Shown here: positions 27,361 through 40,298 of the stretch, in pieces
How the letters are laid out: each line of letters opens with the position of its first letter
Position numbering within the stretch: the stretch's first letter is position 1
NCBI RefSeq assembly: GCF_006345805.1
Contig: NC_043002.1
Span: 19,096,001 to 19,160,000, forward strand
Source of the DNA: Octopus sinensis
Taxonomy: Eukaryota
Direction: 5' to 3'
DNA: 64,000 bases
Program-made: the position numbers and the translations under genes
The notes under the pieces: model-generated
What the model was told of the DNA's origin: nothing
Databases searched by the model: none
The model's input: only the letters and a program-made list of their open reading frames with translations

Positions 27361-28827
27361 ATGTATGGCCCGCACACACGCGTAGACACATGTGTACATA
27401 TATATATACACGCACAAGGGCGCGTACACCAACACCATATATACGCACACACACACAAACACATACTCAATACCAACACACGCAAAACGCATATACACAC
27501 ATGCCACACAGATACACCCAACAGACATGGACACACATACGAACAAACACACACACACTAACGCACACGCAACACACTAATAAACATTAACCACACACAT
27601 ACACACACACAAACGGGCACACATATACACACACCATCCTACACCCCAAATAATTCTTTAAATAACACACATCTATTTACACCACCCTGGAACCAATCAA
27701 AAACAGCCCTCACACACACACAAACACATGTATACATATATATGCACACACACTCACACCAATCTCACCTACATACAGACACACATATACACACGCAGCA
27801 CCATGCCAAATGCCATCCACACACTTACATACATACACACGCACACACACACAACACCAAGACAACCACACACGCGGTTGACAAACGGACACACCATCCT
27901 ACCAGATCTTACAGACACACAGACACATCTATTCACACCACATATGTATGTATACACACACACACACACAAAAACACACACACTCACCCTATCCTGACCC
28001 CTAAATCATTGATGATTGAAGGAGAGACAAAAAAAGGGTAAATTTTTTTCAGTTCCACATTACTCCTCCTTTTACGCTACCATAGCGGACAGGTTAGTTT
28101 TAGCTTCATTACTATTATAATGAAAATCTTTTTGAACTCATAATATTCTGTACGTGTATACTGAACTTTTTTAATAATTCCTTCTGGAAATTATCTTGAG
28201 ATGTATAATATATTTGTTGTAATCTTTTGTGCCCATTATTTCAATGAGCTTGTTAAACTTTTTTATATTCTCAACATGCTCTTGTCACCAAAGAATGTAT
28301 ATTTATATGGATTGTAGTACTCTGTGTCAACCAATATTCTGTGCATGTTTGAATATACAGATACAATACCAATACCAATATCAATTCCTTCTGGAAACTA
28401 TCTTAAGCATGTCCTTGAGAACGATTATTTATGTAGTAATCTTTTGTGCCTAATATTTTAAGGAACTTGTTGAACTTTTTTATGTCCTTAACATGTCCCT
28501 GTTACCAAAGACTGTATATATGTAATGTAGCAATTTGTAACAACCAATAATTAACGCAACCAAACTTCTACATGTTACTTTTGACACTCTTTTTCCAAAG
28601 AGTGAAACCGGTAAAGTAAATAAACATCTTTTAAATTGCATTTTCAAACCTTCTTTCGTATATAATTCCACTCGTGCGGTACGCCACAACTCCACTCTGT
28701 TATATATATATATACCTTTGCGCGCGTGTGTCTGTGTGTAATGATATACAAAAAGAAAAATCTCTAGAGATACGTTTACATGTGTATCTAAGCAAGTTAT
28801 ATTTAAGAATTGAAATTACATTTTCAG

Positions 28828-28959
28828 TTTGCAATGATGGCAGCGGTCATTGTATGAGCAATGGTACTAAGGAGCCCGGTTTTCTTGACAAACGTTGTGT
28901 AACATATACATGCAGAGTGAATAATAACTTGCCGACACTATCAGTGGAGTATGATATCG
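28828..28959 (+). CDS. Gene A exon 4: (L)CNDGSGHCMSNGTKEPGFLDKRCVTYTCRVNNNLPTLSVEYDI, 4 Cys, phase 1-1
   Basis: attttcag acceptor, G|gtaggt donor, 132 nt; lies within ORF 28674..28967; same length as the paralogous exon 51433-51564 (-). Confidence 0.9.
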
Positions 28960-29006
28960 GTAGGTAAACAAAAAGCTTATACTCTCTCCCTCTGTACATA
29001 CATACA

Positions 29007-29042
<36 letters not shown>

Positions 29043-29263
29043 TAGTTGAGGTTTTAAGAGATGATGGTGTCATTGAGACCCAAAGGTGTCAGGTAATGCT
29101 GAATAAGTGCTATAGACAGACCATAGTTAAGTTCCAGATTCGGTAATATTGCGAATAAATGGTTCAACGTTGGTTCTATGTCAGCGTGTGTATATAAGAA
29201 TTTTTTGCGTAATAAGATAAAAAAAAACCAAGGCTGTATAGATATTAGAGCATTTATAGATAG

Positions 29264-29315
29264 GTCTTACAGCTGTTTCTAGGATATTAATTAATAATAT
29301 CCCTTCATCGGAGAC
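29264..29315 (-). ncRNA. Minimal hammerhead-ribozyme-like motif
   Basis: Reverse complement reads gtct-CCGATGA-a-gggatatt..aatatcct-a-GAAAC-AGCT-GTA-agac. Confidence 0.55.
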
Positions 29316-30923
29316 GGTGTGAGAGGAAAATTAAGTTATAGTTAGTTTAGATGTGATACAAAATAGAGAGTGAGGTGGAGGGAAGAAAATAGATGTAAGA
29401 TATGTATGGGTATTGAAGTTGATCCGTTTTATAGGCATAATGGTATATATGCAATATTCCAATATCTTTTGAGTAAAATCCACAAGTCCAACAGAGTTTA
29501 ATATGAGTCCTTCCAAGTTTAGAGTTTATAAGCAATGTAAGATTCCCTTATGAGTGCGATCCAGCAGATTTTTAAACGTGGTCATTCCCAGTAGGGAATA
29601 TATATAGTGTTGCAGAGTCAAAAGTTTGTATTTAAAATGACCTAGAAATAGGGAGTGTATTAGTATGGTTAAATTGAAAACAGGAAGAGAGGAATTAAAT
29701 AAAGAAAAAAAAGAGGAAGAGAGAAAAGAGGAGAGAAAGAAAAAATGAAAGAGAAAAGAGAGAGAAGATTAGTAAAAATAACAAAATAATAAAAAATAAA
29801 GAATAAAGAATAAAAGCCCTAAAGATAGGAATAAAGAAAAAAGAAAAAGAAAAATAAAGATATAGATCAGTCAGTGGTCAGTGGAGATAATTTGAAAGTA
29901 GGAGTGGGGATAGAGAGAGAAAGGTATTATAGTGTAAAAAAATAGAAGAATGGGGTGGGGGTTAAGAGGTAAAGGAACGACCAATATGTAGTAGTAAAGT
30001 CTAATTGTGGGGCAAAGATATGAAGAATTAAGGAAATAGCAGTTCAGTGCTTAGAAATCTGAGAAAATATGTGAAGATTTATATACATGTATATATCAGA
30101 TAAGTTACATATACAATCCTTATTCGCATGCGTATGCACTCATACACGCTCACTCATACGCTCATCTGCATGCATCATCGCCCCTGCATATGTACGCATG
30201 TGTACGTATGTTTAAATATACCCACATGCATGCATATACGCACACCCTCACTCGTACATATATATGCGCGCATGGATGTGTGCACATACATACGAATAAA
30301 ATCAGATGGTTATATATGTGAGAAACTAGATAGGGATTCTGAGTTAGAGAATTGGGATTACCTAAGGAGTATTGCGGAAATGTACTGTATGGTTATTCTG
30401 GCATTTGAATTTGTGGTAGAATTTAAATGTGTGATAAAATCGGCAATTGCATGTGCTTAGTGCCTCGTTATGTTTATTAAGCAGTGTTGGAGAGTTGTAC
30501 TTTAATATTTGGAGTGCCTTCTTCAGGCAAAGCTTGCAGATTGAGCGTTGACCTCGGTAGGGAAGTCCTGAGTCCAGTATGGACCATGATAGAGTATAGG
30601 GTATATTTGCAGTTTTTAGATGATGTATGTGGTTGGCGAGTGTTGTAGATTTACTATGTTTATCGTATCTAAAAGAGTGGAGATGAGTAGCTTATCGTTG
30701 CTTGAAATTTTTTGTTGATCCTATGTATACGGCTGTAGAGTTGTGTAATAGGTTAAGGACCGTGCATTTGTAGATTACATTATATCTTCTGCAATGGGTT
30801 TGTAACGGGCAGGTGGTTCCAGGACGGCAATTACAATTAGGGGAATTTTGAGGACCGTGTTCGGTAACAGACGAGGTAGTATCATCAGAAGAGAGGTTAT
30901 ATAGTTGGGGGTGAAAATTTTTA

Positions 30924-30989
<66 letters not shown>

Positions 30990-31166
30990 CATCATCATTA
31001 CTAACACCGCCACAACTACTATTGTTACTGTTACTTCTGCTATTTATAAGCATGTGGGTATGTATGTATATATATATATATGTATATATAATACAACATA
31101 TATATATATATAGACATACTCACACACATATATATGTAATACATACATATAGATATACATACATAT

Positions 31167-31250
<84 letters not shown>

Positions 31251-31262
31251 ATATATATATAT

Positions 31263-31316
<54 letters not shown>

Positions 31317-31324
31317 CATATATC

Positions 31325-31752
31325 CTCGCAGGCACCCATCATTGACACTATCATATCACTGACTCTTTCCTCTGCACTTCTCGCAACGTCATTTACTGCA
31401 TCTCCTGTTTCTCTCTCTGTCCTTCTCCGTACATCGGTCAGACGGGACGACACTTGGCTTACCGGTTCCCGGAACACTTTCGAGACATCAGACTCGGCAA
31501 CGACATCCCAGTCTCGCGCCATTTCCGCTCTACCGGTCATTCTTCACAACACCTGTCTGTGTTGTCCTTGCACAGGGGCCATCCAGACTCCTGTCTTCAC
31601 CATGAACAGGAAGTAATCTTCTCCCTTCGCTCCTTTGCACAACATGGGCTCAATTCCCCTCTCCTCTTCATCTAACTCCGCTTCTCTCTCCTCTCACGTA
31701 CTTCCTCTCTTCACCCCCATCCACATCTCCTCTCCTCTCTGACTCTGACACG
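31325..31752 (+). mobile_element. Penelope-like GIY-YIG 3' fragment, interrupted by a mariner and continuing at 33044-33545
   Basis: NVIYCISC..YIGQTGRHLAYRFPEHFRDIR..PVSRHF; a reverse copy of its 3' part lies at 39920-40162. Confidence 0.8.
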
Positions 31753-31754
31753 TA

Positions 31755-33043
31755 CGAGGGACGTTCAATAAGTAATGCCTCTGACCCACTTGCATTTGTT
31801 TGATCTAGCTGAAATTTTGCATGTGCAATCATTTATATCGCTATAGAGTAAGTGGCAAATTCCAGCTCTGAATTAATTGTGGTTTCTGATTTACAGGTGT
31901 TTGAACCGAGTCAAGTGTGAAATGGAGCCTGTTGAGTGTCGAGCAGTGATCGGTTTTTGTATTTGAAAGGACGCACACCACGGGAGACTTTTGATGAAAT
32001 GAAAGTAACTTATGGTGATGATGCCCCATCATATGACCTTGTAAAACGCTGGCATCGTGAATTCAAACATGGTCGGAACTCTGTGGAAACAGCTCCCAGA
32101 TCTGGTCGCCCCCTTCTGCCATTGATGAGGCATCTGTCCGTCAAGTTGAGGCTGCCATTTTGGAAGATCGACGCATAATTATTCGCCAAATAGCCCATGA
32201 GGTCAAGATTAGTACCGGGTCTGTGGAAACTATCATTCATGACCATTTGCATATGCAAAAGGTGTCTGCCAGATGGATTCCCAGGTTGCTCACGCCTTTC
32301 CAGAAGCAAGAACGCGTCGAGTGCTCGAGGGTGAATTTGGAGATGTGCCAAGAAGATGAGTCAAAATTTTTCAAAAGACTGATTACACAGGATGAAAGCT
32401 GGGTCCATCACTATGATCCAGAGACCAAAGTCCAGTCAATGCAGTGGAAGCACCGTGACTCACCCCCTCCAAAGAAGGCAAGGGTGCGGCCCTCCGCTGG
32501 CAAGGTCATGCTCACAGTCTTCTGGGACCAGGACGGAGTAGTGATGACAGATTTCCTGGCAAAGGGTACCACAATTGCAGGAGCCTATTATGCTTCACTT
32601 TTGAGGAAATTAAGAGAAGTTATCAAAATCAAGAGGCGGGGCAAGATCAGCAAAGACATCCTCCTCCTGCAGGACAACGCTCCGGTCCACAACTCGCTTG
32701 TCGCCAGATCAGAAGCACAGGCGTATGGCTATGAACTCCTCCCCATCCCCCTACTTTCCTAATCTTGCACCCTCTGATTTTCACCTCTTCCCAATCATGA
32801 AGTTGTTTTTGAAAGGAAAGCGTTTCCCAGATGATGCAGCCTTGATTTCTGAAGTCACGTTGAGGTTGGAGGACCAAGCTGGTGTCTTCTACAAAAACGG
32901 TCTCCAGAGCCGCATCAAACGATGGGAGAAATGCGTAACTCTGGGTGGTTCCTATGTAGAAAAAGACTAATAACTGTGCCAAGTTTCGTTGCTCTACTGC
33001 TATGGGAAGTGGGTCAGGGGCATTACTTATTGAACACCCCTCG
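31755..33043 (+). mobile_element. Full-length decayed mariner (irritans/Hsmar2-like), ~1.29 kb
   Basis: TIRs cgagggacgttcaataagtaatgcc / ggcattacttattgaacacccctcg with TA duplications; WIPRLL, TQDESW, QDNAPVH, LAPSDF. Confidence 0.95.
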
Positions 33044-33544
33044 TACTTCCTCTCTTCACTCCTATCCACCCTCTCTATTCCACTCTCTTCCTTCATCGTC
33101 ACTCTCTGTCGTTACTCCACCCCTACATATCCCAAACCCACCATCCCTATACATCCCACATTCCATTCTCACATATCCACCCCACCTTCACACCCCACTC
33201 CCACATACCCCACCCTTGCACCCCACCCAACACTACCACACCAGACCACACACCATCACACTACATCATGCCACACCGCACCACACACAACCACACCACA
33301 CACCACCACACCATCAAAGCACAACACAACACACAACACCACACATCACCACACTACCACGCCACCTCGCACCACCCTGCACACACTAGCATTGACCACT
33401 TCCCAGCTTCCACACCACACCACATCACACCACCCCGTACACACTAGCAATGACCACTTCCCAGCACCCACACCATCATCCACACACCTACACATGCAGA
33501 CACCCACACGTCAAGGTCATCAGCCCCTAACCACACGCACACAC

Positions 33545-33711
33545 ATTATAAAATAATAAAGAAATAAAATAATCAGGTAGGGCACAACACCATAGAAAAG
33601 GAATAAAATAGCTTAATCACTAAAAACATGTTTTTAGTGATTAAGCTATTTTATTCCTTTCTAAGGTGTTGTGCCCTACCTGATTATTTTATTTCTTTAT
33701 TATTTTATAAT
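33545..33711. repeat. Near-perfect 167-bp palindrome with no spacer
   Basis: Centre aaaacatgtttt at 33628/33629; one mismatch and one 1-nt indel. Confidence 0.95.
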
Positions 33712-34571
33712 AGCCTTTATTTATTTATAAAATTAATCTAATTTTTGTACCTCTATAAATTCATACTAAGCTTATATATAACAATACCGGTATATTCACT
33801 ACTTAAAATAAACTGATTAAATTATAATTAAATTAATATATAGTTAGCATGTTCTTTTACCTCAGTACTACTTTATTAAATACCAGTATATATCAATTGA
33901 TCAATATTCACTGATATCATCTGATAAGTTAGTATTTAAGTTTATAATATGTATAAATATTAAACTATTTCTGGACAATTTCTTTTCCTCCCTCTATTAT
34001 GGTAAACGTTTGGTATATATTCAAAAGTAGTCATCAAACATTTTATCCTTTTGTTATAATTCTTCTTCTTCATAATCCTCTGAATAACTCGAAACTTTAA
34101 CTTTATACAATATAGCAGTATTGCTTAAAATATTTAACTATAGTACTACATAAGATTTCCCCTGTTTCATTATCAATGGTCTGCTAGTGGCCAGCCCCCC
34201 TAGTTGTCAGCTAACATCTTGATTTAAGTTTTCCTTTACCAAATCTCATGATATTGCTTTAAATAAATCTTGATTTTTATGACTATACCCACTATGTTTT
34301 CTGTCGACTCCCTCAGCCCTACTCCTAACAGACAAGCTCCCCTGTTCTCTCGGCTTTAGATATACAAGGATTTGATAAAACTAGTCTATAAATTAAAACT
34401 GACCCCATAAAACAGTGACAAGCAAAATCTTTCTTCCTGATACCTTAGTAGCTTCTAAGTTGAAGTGAAGGCAGCATGTTCTTTGTCTATCTTCTTAACC
34501 TCTCGGAGATTTTAGGTAAAATTATACTAATGCATCCATCTGTTTTAATTCAATTAAATTCTATGTCTTTG

Positions 34572-34657
34572 TGCAGCTGAGGATTGCTCTGCATTTAAAT
34601 TGATGTAATGGTTGCATTGTTCAATTAAATGGAGTTGCGTGAAACGATCGTACTGCA
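34572..34657 (+). ncRNA. Minimal type-I hammerhead-ribozyme-like motif
   Basis: TGCAG-CTGAGGA-long stem II (catttaaattga/tcaattaaatg)-GAAAC-GATC-GTA-CTGCA; canonical CUGANGA/GAAA/GUH core; degenerate inverted relative at 44279-44364. Confidence 0.65.
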
Positions 34658-34778
34658 TTACCTCTGGATATCCTTGTTGCTTATTTTGATTCTGATCACC
34701 TTATTTTGAAATTGTATGAATAACACCGTACTAAATACTGGTGCCTCAACTTAAGTACCATACTCATCTGAATCTAAA

Positions 34779-34833
<55 letters not shown>

Positions 34834-34876
34834 GCACACACACACACACACACGCACGCACGCACGCACGCAAGCA

Positions 34877-34931
<55 letters not shown>

Positions 34932-35139
34932 CGAGAAAGTGGTCACCAGAATTTAGGAATTTTATTTTAGTCATTATTATTAGCGTTTTCGTTCGTTTTT
35001 CGAACTTGCCAAATGGATTTTTTTTGTGAATGTACAAACAGGCTGTATATTTATTCTTGTTTTGTTTAGAAGAGAACATTTTTTTTTGTTTTTTGCTTTG
35101 TTGGGTGAGGTTCCAGGACAATGCAGATAGATAAATAGG

Positions 35140-35263
<124 letters not shown>

Positions 35264-35344
35264 CAGAGAGAGGGACAGACAGGTAGACAGACAGACATAT
35301 AGACAGACAGACAGACAGACAGATAGATAGATATATATGTTTCT

Positions 35345-36630
35345 TTATTAGCCACACAGGGTTGCACACAGACAGAACAAATTACAAAGTAGGGCTTTTC
35401 TTTTGGGGGTAAAAAAAGGGGGTTGGTTTTCGATCAAAAGGGATCGTAAAAGGAAAGAAAGAGGACAAAAAAGGGGAGGATTAAAAAAAAGGGGGGGAGG
35501 GAAAAAAAAAGAAATGGGGAGAGGAAAAAAAGTTGATCAATAGGGATCGTAATCACAGAAATGTCAATATAAAGTGTAAAGGGGAGGACAGGTGAGGTTT
35601 ACCCGTGGAAAGAAAAGCCTACGGAAAAGACCACGGTAACCTCGGTCAATGAAGTCACATGTTATATTTCTTTTTTTTCTTTTTTTTTTGCAAATAAGCA
35701 ACTCTTTGTATTAATTTTTACGGTTCATAGAATCATAGTCAAGGTGGCTTCGTCATTCATACGTGCCATCCTTGCTACATTCACCCATCTTTTTTTAAAA
35801 CATTCACTAGACAAAACTTGTCTCTCTACTCTCACTTTCCTCTTCAAGTGATACTTGAAGAAGTTGATGAGAGATTGACCAGAGAGGAAAGTGTTTGTCT
35901 CTAATCCTTTCAGGCGCGTCCACCAGATACATTCTTTCGCCATAGCCACAAGTATGATAAAAATAGCTCTTCCTTCCCGTTTGAAGGAAGGAGGCGTGAC
36001 GATATTAACGATAGACTCGGCTGATAAACCGACACGTCCCACACGTGACAGCAGTCGTTCGACATAAGCCCGCAGGTCGGAAATTGCTGGACACTGCACG
36101 ATTGCGTGCAGAGCGGTTTTGTCGCTCTGCCCGCATCTCGGGCAGGTCGGCCCCGTGTTTCTCGAGCCATGCCTATAGAGCTTATCCCGAACGGGTAGCG
36201 CTTCTCGGTAGCACCGCCAGGCCAGGGATCTCTGGAAGTTGTCCATAGGTCCCGAGCCGAAAGTCGTTTGAAACAGGCGGGTCAGGTATTCCTCGTCGAC
36301 GCCCAGGTTTGCCCCGAGATCGTTGTCGTACCTCCCTCCACTAATCCCCTATAGAATGCTTTGGTTGTGTTGAAGTCACTCAAGGTCGACCCGGGACGGC
36401 AGAGTTGCTTTAGAGCAACGCGACACCCGCGGTGCCATTCGCCCTTCCTCGGCCTCTTTTTGATCCACGACTGCAGTTCGGTCATGGAGACGAGTTGCGG
36501 GAACGCGTGCCTCATAAACGGCGACCACACCTGTTCACCGTCGTCTACATAGAGCCGGAGATGTCGCAGTCTCAGCGCGTGTCTGCGCATCATCAACCAC
36601 GGCATGCCTAGCTCTCCTTTTAACGGGTGT
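35345..36630 (-). mobile_element. Tx1/L1-clade LINE 3' end (C-terminal zinc-binding domain plus 3' UTR) between (GATA)n tracts
   Basis: GELGMPWL, LAWRCYREALPVRDKL, CPRCGQSDKTALHAIVQC, MAKECIWWTR; GC-rich island. Confidence 0.85.
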
Positions 36631-36633
36631 TAA

Positions 36634-36694
<61 letters not shown>

Positions 36695-36840
36695 GATAAA
36701 TTCTATTTGACAAGTTCGGAAAACGAACGAAAGCGCTAATAATAATGACTAAATATTAAAGTTCTTTTTCCAAAATTCTGGCGACCTCCTCTTTTTTCAA
36801 TATTCAATAGCTGTACACCACTTCTAACTATATATATATA

Positions 36841-36872
<32 letters not shown>

Positions 36873-38183
36873 CATTCAACCACGGTAGTGTTTGAATATA
36901 TTATTAAGTCCACCATTTCGTCAATCGTAGTAGCTTCTAAGCTTTACCACTAATTCAGTTCTCAACTAAATTGCAAACTGTTAAGAGTTTTAAAGAGGAC
37001 ACCTCCTCAGCTACACTTTGACATAAATAGTTTGAGATTTGGTTCTGTAGAAAAAAATGAAGGAGGAATTCAAAATCGTTAATCGCATTGAACAAAAATT
37101 AGTAGAAAAAAACTTATGAAGTAAAATGTCAGGAAATTTATTGTCAATAAGTGAGGAAGTAAGAAGTAACACCTAATAATATATTTCTGAAATGAGTGCT
37201 TACATTCGAACGCGCCGAGTTGGCAGAAGCGTTAACTTAGCAGTCTACGTCATCTGTCTTTTCGTTCTGAGTTCAAATTCCACCGAGGTCGTCTTTACCT
37301 TTCGTATATTTTGTTTTTAATTAAGTATTTAATAAAGTTATTTTGAATATGCTGTTGAATTAGGGTAATTTTAACTTTTATTATTAGTTTTCTCTTTCAG
37401 CTGTAATTAACTTTCTTTCTGCTATTTTTTTCTTTTCTTTTTTTTTAGTTGATTTCCTTTTCGTTTTAGTTAATGATTTAATTAGGCTAGTTCATTAATG
37501 TGTTATATGCTTCAGATATGAGCATCTACATTTATTGGGGCAGCAATATAATCATTTTTGGCTGGGTCTCTATAGGCAGACCTGAAGGCATGTAGTAAGG
37601 TTGTCCAGAAAAGGCATTGGTTAAAAGTGCTTATATTCTAAATTTACTTTTTAAATTTCAAAATTAATTAAAAGAGATCTTTCATAAATCAAATTTATTT
37701 TAATAGGACGTAGGTAATTTTAACTTGTGTATATCTGATATGCTTTTATAATCACTGTTGTATTGAATAATTATTGATAGATCTACATAAGCAATAGTCA
37801 GTGCTATTATTCTCAACTCAAAATCTAGGTTACTGATGGTTTTGGGGTCTTGTTGTTTGTAACTTTTAGGGAGTCATGGTGCAACCAACATGATGGTAAA
37901 ATTCCCTGCCATTAATTTGGTGTGGATGGGTAATATCAAATGATTCAATCACAACATATATTTAAATTAAACATGAAAAGTATTGAAATATTATCATAAC
38001 TTTCATAGATAAACTGAAATACTATCTTTCAGTATTTTATAAGTTAAAATCTTAAATTATTAATTGACATATTAATTATCTTATAACAGCAATGCCGGGA
38101 AAAATCATGGATTACATGGAAAAATGCGAGCATAAAAAGTAATATTCCTAAGATTATAAACCTGGAAATGTATAGGACAAGTT

Positions 38184-38558
38184 ATTACACTTGGAACAGT
38201 ATGGGACAAACTATTACTTCTAGTAAAGTAAAGAATAAGAAACTTTTTACTTAAAATATTGCAGCTAAAACTAAAATTTGAAAATTAAAAATTATTTTAT
38301 TATAGTTTACAAATAACACTATACTTATTTAAGTAGAATTTGGCTTATTTACTACCTTAAATACAGGAAAAATTATTAATTAGACAAACTTACAAATTAG
38401 CTGAACAGTTTTGTACAATAAATTTAAAAACTGAGAACTGTAAAGAGTGATAAATTACAAGAACTGGCTTTCTTTGCTGCAATATTTTAAGTAAAAAGTT
38501 TCTTATTCTTTACTTTACTATAAGTAATAGCTTGTCCTATACTTTTCCAGGTGTAATT
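38184..38558. repeat. Inverted repeat (~80-bp arms, ~210-bp spacer), MITE-like
   Basis: tagtaaagtaaagaataagaaactttttacttaaaatattgcagc and its exact reverse complement at 38477-38521. Confidence 0.8.
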
Positions 38559-38956
38559 TGTCGTAGAGAAAATTTCTCATTGTGGACAAATAGGTGTAGA
38601 CATACCAAATCTGTTTGCAGTGCTCAGTAACCAGACTGGTGAATGCATGCTTAGAGACATCTCTTCCACCCCTTTTATGTTCAGATTTCAAATAATGCTA
38701 AGGTGGACTTTGCCTTACATCCTTTTCAGATTCTGCCAGTCTGTTGCCTTATTAATTCTTTTACTTGTTTCAGTCATTTGACTGCGGCCGTGCTGGAGCA
38801 CCACCTTTAGTCGAGCAAATCGATCCCAGCCTAGTACTTATTATATCGCTCTCTTTTGCCGAACCGCTAGGTTATGGAGACATAAGCACACCAGCATCGG
38901 TTGTCATGCGATGTTGGGGGGCACAAATACAGACACACAAACATACACACACACAC

Positions 38957-38991
<35 letters not shown>

Positions 38992-38993
<2 letters not shown>

Positions 38994-39281
38994 GAGGCGC
39001 AATGGCCTAGTGGTTAGGGTAGCGGACTCGCGGTTTCGATTCCCAGACCGGGCGTTGTGAGTGTTTATTGAGCGAAAACACCTAAAAAAGCTCCACGATG
39101 CTCCGGCAGGGGCTGGTGATCCTGGTGTACTCTTTCACCACTCTTTCTCTCACTCTTCTGTTGGCCTGCTCGCCTAGTCAGCGGGGTGGCGTCATTCGAA
39201 GGCTAAAACAATGCGAACGCATTGTGACCAGCGATGTGTAAAATATCTGATGGTCTGGTCGGTCACGTGATCACGTGATAT

Positions 39282-39330
<49 letters not shown>

Positions 39331-39581
39331 ATCACGTGACCGACCAGTCCATCAGATGCGTTCGCATTGTTTTAGCCTTCGAATGACGAGCAGGCCAACA
39401 GAAGAAAGAGTGGGAGAAAGAGTGGTGAAAGAGTACAGCAGGGATCAGCACCCCCTGCCGGAGCCTCGTGGAGCTTTTAGGTGTTTTCGCTCAATAAACA
39501 CTCACAACGCCCGGTCTGGGAATCGAAACCGTGATCCTACGACCGCGAGTCCGCTGCCCTAACCACTGGGTCATTGCGCCT

Positions 39582-39584
<3 letters not shown>
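38992..39584. mobile_element. Tail-to-tail inverted pair of tRNA-derived SINE family 3 around a (TA)n spacer (another copy at 43273-43655 +)
   Basis: ggaggcgcaatggcctagtggttagggtagcggactcgcgg head; both copies end in ggtcacgtgatcacgtga. Confidence 0.88.
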
Positions 39585-39626
<42 letters not shown>

Positions 39627-40298
39627 CACGATGGGCTTCTTTCAGTTTCCGTCTACCAAATCCACTCACAAGACCTTGGTCTGCCGAGGCTATAGTAGAA
39701 GACACTTGCCCAAAGTGCCATGCAGTGAGACTGAACCCGGTACCATGTGGTTGGTAAGCAAGCTACTTACCACACAGCCACACCTACGCCTATAATAATA
39801 ATAATAATCCTTTCCGCTATTGGCACAAGGCCTGACACTCTGAGGAAGGGGACAGTCGATTACATTGACTCCCCCGCCCCATGCTCAATCAGTGCTGGTG
39901 TTTGTGTTGCGTTTTGGTTTGATGGTATGGTGATGTGGTGATGTGTGGTGTAGTGTGTGGTGCAGTGTGGCATGATGTGGTGTGATGGTGTGTGGTCTGG
40001 TATGGTAGTGTTGGGTGTGGGGGTGCGAGGGTGGGGGTACGAGTTGGGTTGGGGTGTGAGGGTAAGGTGGGGTATGTGGGAGGTGGGTGGGAGTGAAGAG
40101 ATGAAGTGGGTGTGAGAGAGGAGAGGAGGGGAGTTAGATGAAGAGGGGAGGGGAATTGAGCAACATTAGTGACCGAGAATCGAACACAAATACTTTATGG
40201 TATTTACTTACCTCCCTGTAGAGTTTGATTTAATCTTTCGTACTTCAGACACCTTGTGGGGTTTATGACCATTCAGGAAATATATTTTGCTCAGAGAG

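Noticed and set aside
26496-27590. 207-340-aa Y/I/C/V/M-rich ORFs
   Set aside because: Low-complexity TA/TG tract; not coding.
32160-32762. Domesticated SETMAR-like transposase
   Set aside because: Frameshifted, bounded by TIRs and TA duplications, with no SET-domain exons; an ordinary decayed mariner.
33002-33556. His/Thr/Pro-rich ORFs
   Set aside because: (CACCA)-type simple-repeat tail of a Penelope-like element, also present reversed at 39920-40100.
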